Positions 1 to 7,209 are shown, numbered from the stretch's first letter. The stretch: 10,377 nt of DNA from an uncultured bacterium (GCA_965369865.1 CBDURU010000120.1:1-10377); one strand, 5' to 3'. The notes: generated from the sequence alone by a model not told the origin. Translations and numbers: made by a program.

Positions 1-10
1 CCCCCCCCGG

Positions 11-1690
11 CTATTCAAACACTACATCCTTTGCCTTCTCTTCTGCTGTTTCTTCCACTTCTTCCACTTCCTCTACTTCCGCTGCTTTTTCTTCCTCGAC
101 TTCCTTAGCATACGGATCGACTTTCGAAATCCTCACCAGGTTACGGCCGGCCTCTTTCGCCTCGTACACCGCGCCATCCGCCGCTTCGATCAATCCCGCT
201 TTGTCTTCAGCATTCAGCGGATAAGCCGCGACCCCGACAGATAATGTGATGCCAACTGTCTTCCCGACCACGGCGAGCTTTAATTTTTCTATCGACTGCC
301 GGATTTTTTCAGCGGCTATTTTAGCACCCGTCAGATCGGTATCCGGGAGTATCGCCACAAGCTCCTCGCCGCCGTACCGGCACGCGACGTCACTGTCTCT
401 GAGATTCCGCACGATCGTCCTAGCGACCAGCTTCAGCACCTCATCCCCAACCTGGTGGCCGTATTTATCGTTGAAAATCTTGAAATGGTCGATGTCCATG
501 TAAAGCAGGCTAACCGGTGCGCCGTACCGCCTGGATCGCGAGATCTCCCGTCCGAGCGCTTCCTGGAAATAACGGTGGTTGAAAAGCTGCGTCATGCCGT
601 CGGTTGTCGCGAGCTGCACCTGGGTTTCGTAGAGCTGGTAGTTCTTGATGATCGTTATCATACTCGCCGACAAAGTTTCGATGAATTGCATATCCTCGTT
701 TGAGAAAGCCGACGGCGAGTTTCGGGCGATCAGGAAGAATCCCAACTCGCCGTTATTCCCCAACTGGTGGCAAACGAACGTGTTTACTTTGAGTGTCTGG
801 AGAATCGGGCAATCCACCGTTCCGCGGATGCTGGTTACCAGCTCATTACGATACGGGCACCGCGGGCAGTTCTGCGTACGAAGGTCCTCGACGAGGTCGG
901 GGTTCCAGTAATTTCTGAGGATCGCGCGGTCGACCACATGGCTGAACGCGGTAAGGACGGTTGGATCGAACTGGTCGTCCTCATCCTCAAGAGTGATCCG
1001 TTTTACGATTTCGCGGTCCCTCTGCTCGGGAGCATCGACAAAATGTATCACAACATCGTGGCCGCTGTTGAGTTTGTATGCCAGGACCCCATCTGTCGCG
1101 CCCAGGACTTTCATGGCCTTACCGAGGGTAAGTTTCAGGAGATCATATGGATCGCCGGTGGTTTGTGGCGCGATTGTACTGTCCAGGCCCGCTTTTCCTT
1201 CCCCGACCAAGTCGGTCCCGGAAACCTTATTGAGGACTTCCAGTTCATCGATCTGACGCGAGAACAGTTTTTCCTGCTCCCCGACATAGATTTCGTTCAT
1301 GTCTTCACGAAATTTACTGACGCGGATCTCGTCCACCAGGTGCTTGAGCCTGCTTTTTTCCTCGGCATCGATAAGCGATTCGTCGATAAACTCATGGATG
1401 AGCATTATGTATACAGGCTCCAGGTTCATGAGGTCCCTGTAGCTGTTCTTGGTTAATATCCATTCCTGGAATTCAGTCTGGAGGTGCCTGAAGAGATAGC
1501 TGAAATCTTTTTCAACCAGTGACCGCGCCAGAAGCAGATGCGACGCCCGTACTTTGCGAAATATATCCTCAGGGGGATGCTCGGGGTAAAAATCGCACAG
1601 GATCTCGGACCATCGCCTTGATAGCCGGTCTACGTTCTTCCTTAAGAGATTTGCCAGCCTGTGATACATATTCAACCGAAAAAGGGACAT
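11..1690 (-). CDS. Sensor diguanylate cyclase: N-terminal helical (RsbRD_N/globin-like) domain, GAF-like domain, C-terminal GGDEF domain, acidic tail
   Basis: 559-aa ORF with GGDEF hallmarks ATTDGMTQLFNHRYF, MDIDHFKIFNDKYGHQVGD and RYGGEEL, plus an RxxD I-site (RDSD) five residues before GGEEL. GAF-like C-terminal signature LGFFLIARNSPSAFSNEDMQFIETL. SD-like GAGGGG lies 6 nt upstream of the ATG at 1690. The N-terminal domain assignment is tentative. Confidence 0.93.
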   Translation of the reverse strand: MSLFRLNMYHRLANLLRKNVDRLSRRWSEILCDFYPEHPPEDIFRKVRASHLLLARSLVEKDFSYLFRHLQTEFQEWILTKNSYRDLMNLEPVYIMLIHEFIDESLIDAEEKSRLKHLVDEIRVSKFREDMNEIYVGEQEKLFSRQIDELEVLNKVSGTDLVGEGKAGLDSTIAPQTTGDPYDLLKLTLGKAMKVLGATDGVLAYKLNSGHDVVIHFVDAPEQRDREIVKRITLEDEDDQFDPTVLTAFSHVVDRAILRNYWNPDLVEDLRTQNCPRCPYRNELVTSIRGTVDCPILQTLKVNTFVCHQLGNNGELGFFLIARNSPSAFSNEDMQFIETLSASMITIIKNYQLYETQVQLATTDGMTQLFNHRYFQEALGREISRSRRYGAPVSLLYMDIDHFKIFNDKYGHQVGDEVLKLVARTIVRNLRDSDVACRYGGEELVAILPDTDLTGAKIAAEKIRQSIEKLKLAVVGKTVGITLSVGVAAYPLNAEDKAGLIEAADGAVYEAKEAGRNLVRISKVDPYAKEVEEEKAAEVEEVEEVEETAEEKAKDVVFE

Positions 1691-1712
1691 TTGATGCCCC
1701 TCAACCTGACTA

Positions 1713-1721
1713 ATTGTACCA
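1713..1721 (-). promoter_or_regulatory. Putative extended -10 promoter (TGGTACAAT) for the GGDEF gene
   Basis: The reverse complement of ATTGTACCA is TGnTACAAT, about 22 nt upstream of the start codon in an AT-rich intergenic region. Confidence 0.5.
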
Positions 1722-2012
1722 TTGAAAGTGAAAAATTGCCTTAATTAATGCCATATAACAATATCGTCAGTATAAGGGCGGTACTTTATTACTTCAGACA
1801 CCATTATTATCCTTCAGGTTTAGTATTTTCAATTGGTTTATTATTGAAAATTTGAACATGGAGTGTATTCAACGGGCTCCCGGAAGGATAATAATCTATA
1901 ACCCAAAGGGAGATTTTCGGGTGTTCTGACCGGGTTTGGTATTGACTGAATCATTTATCTTTGTTCTAATGGATTAGCAGATTGGTGATCCACTCCTACC
2001 AGGTCAGGCATT

Positions 2013-3140
2013 ATGAACTCATCCGCAGGGAAGTGTGACCCCATGGAATACGATCTGGCCTTTAATGAACCTGGGTATAAAGTGACAAAGAAACCGACAA
2101 AGCCCTCAAAACGTAAAGGGAAGAAACGTGGGGCCGTTTCCGAGGAACCAACCGATGCCATGCTTAAGGAACTGGCATCTGAAGAAGCTAAAGAAGCACT
2201 ATTACCGAAAGAAGTCAGCGTTAAGTCAAAGCCTAAGAGGAAAGCTTCCCCTAAACGTAAGCGGCGTATTCCAAAGGATCCCGAACCGAATTTCGAGGAC
2301 AGCGTAAGGTATTTCCTGTCTGAGATCGGTCGGATACCCCTCCTGACACAGGACGAGGAGGTCCGGTTTGCGAATATTGTCAGGCATGGCTCTGATGAGG
2401 ATAAAATTCGCCTTGCGAAAGAAAAACTAATCCGCGCCAATCTCAGGCTTGTTGTGTCGATAGCCAAAAAATACCTCGGACGCGGGGTCGATTTCCTTGA
2501 CCTTCTTCAGGAAGGGACAATGGGTTTGATCAAGGCTGTTGAGAAGTTCGACCCGTCGCTCGGCTGGAAATTCTCGACCTATTCCTCATGGTGGATCCGT
2601 CAAAGGCTTTCACGGATGATAGCCGACCACGGATCGTTGATCCGCAAGCCTGTTTACATGGTCGATATTATCAATCGATTCCTGCGTACGATGCAGCAGC
2701 TCCAGAAAGAATCAGATGATGAAATCCCGATTGAACGGGTCGCGAGGGAGATGGAAATCTCGATCGAAAAAGCCGAGGAGCTTCGGAAGATTTCCATGCG
2801 AATTCTTTCACTCGATTCACCGGTAACAGGGGAGGCCGATGGCAGCAGCCTCAAAGAAATAGTCGCCGACCATGATATCTCGTGTCCTGAAATCGAGACC
2901 ATGGTAAACATCCGCAACGAGGAGGTCCACAAAGCGCTCGAAGCGGTCGATGAACGCGAGAAACGTATTCTCTCCTATTGTTACGGCCTTTTCGACCGAC
3001 CGGTGAAAACACTCGATGAGATAGGCAAGATGGAAGGCATCACGCGTGAGAGGGTACGGCAGATTCGTAATCGCGCGGTCTCCAAGATCAAGCAGAGCGA
3101 TTTCGGTAAAAGCATTAAAGACTTCCTCTACATGGATTAA
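2013..3140 (+). CDS. RNA polymerase sigma-70 factor, RpoD/SigA family (probably a non-primary, group 2-like paralogue)
   Basis: Region 1.2 (DSVRYFLSEIGRIPLLTQDEE), region 2 (LIRANLRLVVSIAKKY, DLLQEGTMGLIKAVEKFD, KFSTYSSWWIRQ), region 3 (LSLDSPV) and region 4.2 (TLDEIG...TRERVRQI) are all present. There is no acidic region 1.1. The start may be 2013 or 2043. Confidence 0.93.
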   Translation: MNSSAGKCDPMEYDLAFNEPGYKVTKKPTKPSKRKGKKRGAVSEEPTDAMLKELASEEAKEALLPKEVSVKSKPKRKASPKRKRRIPKDPEPNFEDSVRYFLSEIGRIPLLTQDEEVRFANIVRHGSDEDKIRLAKEKLIRANLRLVVSIAKKYLGRGVDFLDLLQEGTMGLIKAVEKFDPSLGWKFSTYSSWWIRQRLSRMIADHGSLIRKPVYMVDIINRFLRTMQQLQKESDDEIPIERVAREMEISIEKAEELRKISMRILSLDSPVTGEADGSSLKEIVADHDISCPEIETMVNIRNEEVHKALEAVDEREKRILSYCYGLFDRPVKTLDEIGKMEGITRERVRQIRNRAVSKIKQSDFGKSIKDFLYMD

Positions 3141-3195
3141 TACCCAACACACTTATTGGAAATATTAATCATTTTTAGCCATCGAAAAAGCGGCA

Positions 3196-3287
3196 AACCG
3201 TAGAACAGCACGGCAGTGCGTCTTCCACCTTAAAACAATCAATTCGACGCACTGCCATTCGACGCACTGCCGTGCTGTTCTACGGTT
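3196..3287. repeat. REP/REPIN-like element: perfect 27-bp inverted repeat with 38-bp spacer
   Basis: AACCGTAGAACAGCACGGCAGTGCGTC (3196-3222) and its exact reverse complement (3261-3287). Each arm has GTAG followed by a small GCAC-ggca-GTGC palindrome. The element lies between convergent genes. Confidence 0.8.
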
Positions 3288-3351
3288 ATTTCATTTCTCA
3301 CTTTAATTATAATCATCCGGAAACCTGTAAATCAATCCGTTGTAAATCGTT

Positions 3352-4137
3352 TTAAGGAATTGTCCCGACACCGCCGACCAGTTCCTCTAACGCGGCTGGA
3401 ATGATGAGGTTCCAGCCCTTAACCAGCCGTCCGGTTCCTTTTGGAATTCCACGGTCGAGATAGTAAACCGGACCATTACCCGCCCGCTTTTTCAATTCTT
3501 TCAGAATGTCTTCATCAACATCCCATCTCTCCCTGAAAAATTCGAGAGCGAAACCGCATCGAACCATCACGCTCTTCTTTCCGATTTTGTCAAGGTAATC
3601 CATCAGAAGTGGATAATTGATAAACCCAAGCGTTGAAAGATTGCGGAATGCGCCAACCACGCCCCCCGACAAGTCGAGCCGGCTCATGCAGTCGATCAGG
3701 GTCCTCTCCATGTCGGCTACCTTGACCGTAATGCCCTTGTAATCCAGGTCACGGAATCCGAAGAAATGCCTTGTTTCAACCGGGTAGAAAGTAAATGCGC
3801 CGAAAGAGAATTTTCTGAATCTATGGGGAACCGAGACAGGTATCCTGGGTGGCGGAACTGACAGAACGCCGTAAAAAATCATGGCGGTTGAGTGAGAGTA
3901 GTAATAATCCGTGGAGATTTTACTTCCGATCACAAGGACGTCAGGCTCCCAGTCGGTTCCACGATGTTCGAAGGGGATAAGGTAATAAAGCCCGCTCTTG
4001 ACCCGTTTCGCGTACCCGTTTTTGATTAAATAAGCGACTGCATTCCTGGCTTGCTGATCGTCGGGAAAGAGCGGCTTGATTTCTTCGAGCGTGACAACGC
4101 GTTGCGAATAGAACTGTTTATAAATTTTTGGAACCAT
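3352..4137 (-). CDS. AbiEi-family (type IV toxin-antitoxin antitoxin / COG5340-like) wHTH regulator
   Basis: 261 aa. N-terminal wHTH pattern (VVTLEEI...ARNAVAYLIKNGYAKRVKSGLYYLIP), YYYSHSTAMIFYG, and C-terminal VADMERTLIDCMSRLDLSGG ... RCGFALE ... GWNLIIP, all typical of AbiEi/COG5340 proteins. Confidence 0.8.
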   Translation of the reverse strand: MVPKIYKQFYSQRVVTLEEIKPLFPDDQQARNAVAYLIKNGYAKRVKSGLYYLIPFEHRGTDWEPDVLVIGSKISTDYYYSHSTAMIFYGVLSVPPPRIPVSVPHRFRKFSFGAFTFYPVETRHFFGFRDLDYKGITVKVADMERTLIDCMSRLDLSGGVVGAFRNLSTLGFINYPLLMDYLDKIGKKSVMVRCGFALEFFRERWDVDEDILKELKKRAGNGPVYYLDRGIPKGTGRLVKGWNLIIPAALEELVGGVGTIP

Positions 4138-4154
4138 CGCCAGGCTGCTGGAAT

Positions 4155-4176
4155 AGAATTTTTTTAAAAAAATTCT
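4155..4176. promoter_or_regulatory. Perfect 22-bp palindrome upstream of the AbiEi-like gene (candidate operator)
   Basis: AGAATTTTTTTAAAAAAATTCT is its own reverse complement and lies 17 nt upstream of the AbiEi start at 4137. It is low complexity (T7A7), so function is inferred only. Confidence 0.4.
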
Positions 4177-4208
4177 CTAAATTCTTGCGACATACTGCAG
4201 GGCGCATC

Positions 4209-4217
4209 ATTCTATCA
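4209..4217 (-). promoter_or_regulatory. Putative extended -10 promoter (TGATAGAAT) for the AbiEi-like gene
   Basis: The reverse complement of ATTCTATCA is TGnTAGAAT, about 70 nt upstream of the start codon. Confidence 0.4.
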
Positions 4218-4339
4218 TGTCCAAACGGAAATTGGTTCAAATTTGTATACAAGAACTTGAAAAACACTCTTGATTTAATTCGAGTGGAGTGTTAAACTCT
4301 GATTCCCCTTTTCGGTAGGAAGTCAAAAGTGCTATAAGA

Positions 4340-4348
4340 TGTTATAAT
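4340..4348 (+). promoter_or_regulatory. Putative extended -10 promoter (TGTTATAAT) for dnaA
   Basis: Perfect TGnTATAAT about 85 nt upstream of the dnaA ATG. SD-like AGGTG at 4421-4425. Confidence 0.55.
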
Positions 4349-4432
4349 TATTTATATGCATCAAGGCACGTTTAAAGTAGGTCTGAGGGGGTGGGCCACT
4401 ATCTACGTTGCCACTGAAACAGGTGTCTTAAG

Positions 4433-5881
4433 ATGCAAAAAGACGGATCAGGAGCAATTTGGCGGGAAGTTCTTGCGGAGGTTCGCGAGAACATTTCAGA
4501 ACCCGCTTACGAAAGCGCTTATAAAAACGCTGTTGTACATGTGGATGAGAGCGGAAAAATCACCATGAGATTTCCGGATCCGTACATGTTGCATATGGTC
4601 TCAACTGAGAGCAATCGCTGCATTGAAGAGGCGTTCTCCAAACGGCTTGGTAAACCATGCCAGCTTGAACTCCTGGCCGACCCTGTCAGCGTGGAGGATA
4701 AAACTTCTGACAAACAATCAATTAACTCCACCGATTTAATTGAGCGGATCAACCGGAACAAGGATACTCTTAAGCAAAAACATTATGATGCCGGCATCGC
4801 CGCTTCGGGAGACTTCAGGCGAACGGAATCAATAAGGCTTAACCCGCGGTACACATTTGAGCAGTTTGTAGTCGGGAATCACAACCAGCTCGCGCATGCT
4901 GCGGCGATTGCTGTCGCACGTGAGCCTGGCGAGGTTTACAACCCGCTTTTCATTTACGCAAAAACCGGGCTTGGCAAGACACATTTACTTCAGGCTATCG
5001 GGCATGAAGTCCAAAGTTCTCGACCGGAATCAAGGGTCTTTTTCATCACGTCCGAAGCGTTTACAAATGAGCTTATCGAGGGTATCCAGCATCGTGAGCG
5101 GATGAGCAAGTTCCACAGGAAGTACCGAAATATCGATGTCCTTCTGATTGACGACATTCATTTTCTGATTGGCAAGCCGCAAACCCAGGAAGCTTTTTTC
5201 CATACGTTCAACACACTGCACGAGCTTGGACGCCAGTTGGTTATAGCTTCCGATCGGCCTCCCGCAGAACTTGATACACTCGAGGAGAGGCTTATCAGCC
5301 GTTTCGAATGGGGCTTGACCGTAGATATGTCCAAGCCTGACTTCGAGACCAGGCTTGCCATTCTCAACTCGAAGAACCAGATCAGGGGTTTTGGGCTTCC
5401 CATGGAAATCCTGTCCAGGATCGCAAGCCGTGTGGATTCAAATATCCGCGAACTCGAAGGGGCGCTCACCAAGATGAGCGCGTACCAGCGGTTGAACCAT
5501 GCGAATCTGACAATTGAGGAAGTAGATGATGTTCTCGCTCATATGCGGCGCAACCTGAACAAGGGCTGTACACCAATGCCGCAGGATATCATGGAAGAAG
5601 TTGCGGCGCATTTCAAGGTCTCCATCGACGATCTTATGGGTGACAAGCGTACTGCGAAAATTACTGTTCCAAGGCAGCTTGGCATGTATTTTTGCAGGGA
5701 ACTGACTCACCTGTCGTTAAAAGATATTGGTAAAGCATTCGGGGGCAAGGATCATACGACCGTAATTTACGCTGTTACCCGTGTAGAGGAGCGTCTGGGA
5801 GTGGATGATGTGTTCGCGCGGGATGCGATGATCCTTCGGGCAAGATTAAAAGAGCGTTTCCGTCACCCGACTGAAGATTAA
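4433..5881 (+). CDS. dnaA: Chromosomal replication initiator protein DnaA
   Basis: 482 aa with LNPRYTFEQFVVG, YNPLFIY, Walker A (AKTGLGKT), Walker B (LLIDDIHFL), ERLISRFEWGL, sensor NIRELEGAL and domain IV signature PRQLGMY...IGKAFGGKDHTTV. Confidence 0.97.
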   Translation: MQKDGSGAIWREVLAEVRENISEPAYESAYKNAVVHVDESGKITMRFPDPYMLHMVSTESNRCIEEAFSKRLGKPCQLELLADPVSVEDKTSDKQSINSTDLIERINRNKDTLKQKHYDAGIAASGDFRRTESIRLNPRYTFEQFVVGNHNQLAHAAAIAVAREPGEVYNPLFIYAKTGLGKTHLLQAIGHEVQSSRPESRVFFITSEAFTNELIEGIQHRERMSKFHRKYRNIDVLLIDDIHFLIGKPQTQEAFFHTFNTLHELGRQLVIASDRPPAELDTLEERLISRFEWGLTVDMSKPDFETRLAILNSKNQIRGFGLPMEILSRIASRVDSNIRELEGALTKMSAYQRLNHANLTIEEVDDVLAHMRRNLNKGCTPMPQDIMEEVAAHFKVSIDDLMGDKRTAKITVPRQLGMYFCRELTHLSLKDIGKAFGGKDHTTVIYAVTRVEERLGVDDVFARDAMILRARLKERFRHPTED

Positions 5882-5989
5882 CTGTTAACTGCTGACATGC
5901 CTGAGGAGCGAGAAGGGATACGTTAGGGGGGAAGAAAAATATACCGTACAATCGAGCGACGGTCTGAAGGTTCTTCAGGATGTCGCGAC

Positions 5990-6019
5990 ACCGCCGGCTT
6001 AGCCGGCGGTCTTTTTTTT
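5990..6019 (+). terminator. Rho-independent terminator downstream of dnaA
   Basis: ACCGCCGGC-TTA-GCCGGCGGT, a 9-bp GC-rich stem, followed by C and T8 (6012-6019). Confidence 0.88.
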
Positions 6020-6120
6020 ATTGTCAAAGGTCTTGTTCTTCGGTAACCCACTTAAAATCCTGATACGATACTGGATTGCGTGACAGACCGGAACGTATGC
6101 CCCACATAAGAGAATGATTA

Positions 6121-6149
6121 TTTACTTTATCAAATCCGATGCGTAAACT
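6121..6149 (+). promoter_or_regulatory. Putative sigma-70 promoter directly upstream of queA
   Basis: TTTACT (6121-6126), 17-bp spacer, TAAACT (6144-6149). The ATG is only 10 nt further on and there is no SD. Confidence 0.4.
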
Positions 6150-6159
6150 ATTATCTTAG

Positions 6160-7209
6160 ATGCGAACCGAAGAACTGGATTATGAGCTTCCCGAAAAACT
6201 GATCGCTCAGGAACCCGCCATCCCGCGGGATTCATCGCGGCTGCTTGTATGCGGACGGGATTCGGGGAAATTTGAAACAAGGATATTTCATGAACTTCCA
6301 GACTTGATAGATTCGGGAGATATCCTCGTTACAAACCAGGCGCGGGTAATGCCGGCACGGATGATCGGCTACAAATATCCTACAGGCGCGAAAATCGAGA
6401 TTTTTCTTCTCGAACCCGATATCCATTCCCAAAAAAAATCAAGATTCAAGGCGCTTCTGAAAAGACGGCGGCGCCTGTCACCAGGTGACACGATCCTGTT
6501 TCCGGAAACCGACCTTATCGCGACCGTGATCGAGTGCGATGAGGAGCCAGGGGAGGATATTGTTGAACTTGGCACCGTGGATAAATCCGGTGAGATCGAC
6601 CGGGAGATAGAAAAGATAGGAAAGATTCCCCTGCCGCCATACATCAAGGATTACAAAGGGGACATTGAAAGGTACCAGACTATCTTTTCGAAAATTACCG
6701 GCTCAGTCGCGGCGCCTACAGCAAGCCTTCATTTTACCGATCGGGTTCTGGGTAAGCTCGATTCAAAGGGGATTTCGAGAGTGGAGTGCCATTTACGGGT
6801 CGGATGGGGGACATTCAGCCCGATCCGTACCGAGAAACTCGAGGATCATACACTTCATGAGGAAGCGGGTGAATTGACAAAGCAGGCCTGTGACAGGATC
6901 AATAATGCAAGGACGAATGGCGGACGAATAATCGCTGTAGGAACAACAATGACCCGTCTCCTTGAAACCGCAGTGGATAAAGATGGCGTATTGCATCCGT
7001 ACAAGGGGAGAACGGATTTGTATATTACACCGGGATATCGATTCAGAGCGGTTGATGTTCTCCTGACTAATTTCCATCTCCCGAAAACGAGCCTTCTCGC
7101 GCTGGTATCGGCTTTTCTTGGAGTAGAGAGAACATTAGAGGCTTATGAATTCGCGGTAAAAGAGAAATTCAGGTTTTATTCTTTCGGGGACGCGATGCTG
7201 ATAATTTAA
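6160..7209 (+). CDS. queA: S-adenosylmethionine:tRNA ribosyltransferase-isomerase QueA
   Basis: DYELPEKLIAQEP...RDSSRLL, GKIPLPPYI, ERYQTIFS...GSVAAPTASLHFT, IIAVGTT, LLTNFHLPKTSLLALVSAF and FRFYSFGDAMLI. Confidence 0.97.
   Translation: MRTEELDYELPEKLIAQEPAIPRDSSRLLVCGRDSGKFETRIFHELPDLIDSGDILVTNQARVMPARMIGYKYPTGAKIEIFLLEPDIHSQKKSRFKALLKRRRRLSPGDTILFPETDLIATVIECDEEPGEDIVELGTVDKSGEIDREIEKIGKIPLPPYIKDYKGDIERYQTIFSKITGSVAAPTASLHFTDRVLGKLDSKGISRVECHLRVGWGTFSPIRTEKLEDHTLHEEAGELTKQACDRINNARTNGGRIIAVGTTMTRLLETAVDKDGVLHPYKGRTDLYITPGYRFRAVDVLLTNFHLPKTSLLALVSAFLGVERTLEAYEFAVKEKFRFYSFGDAMLII

Noticed and set aside
246..1456. Plus-strand ORFs antisense to the GGDEF gene (including the 229-aa ORF 767-1456), and similar shadow ORFs over the sigma gene, dnaA, queA and the propeller gene
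   Set aside because: They overlap well-supported genes and have no recognisable motifs, as expected for shadow ORFs.
1845..1950. 6S-like or other ncRNA in the GGDEF-sigma intergenic region
   Set aside because: Only short stems (TTGAA/TTCAA, CTCCC/GGGAG); no long closing stem or terminator was found.
3608..3616. Near-DnaA boxes (NGTGGATAA) here and twice within queA
   Set aside because: Isolated one-mismatch hits inside coding sequence, not clustered.
4356..4568. 70-aa ORF overlapping the dnaA start
   Set aside because: It is out of frame over dnaA domain I with no recognisable features, and there is no evidence that it is translated.
5901..5940. Hammerhead ribozyme (CTGAGGA...GAAA)
   Set aside because: No stem II closes between CUGANGA and GAAA, and there is no supporting stem III or cleavage triplet.
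6020..6159. preQ1 riboswitch upstream of queA
   Set aside because: The CCCACTTAAAA segment is superficially similar, but I found no matching P1 stem or conserved preQ1-I loop.
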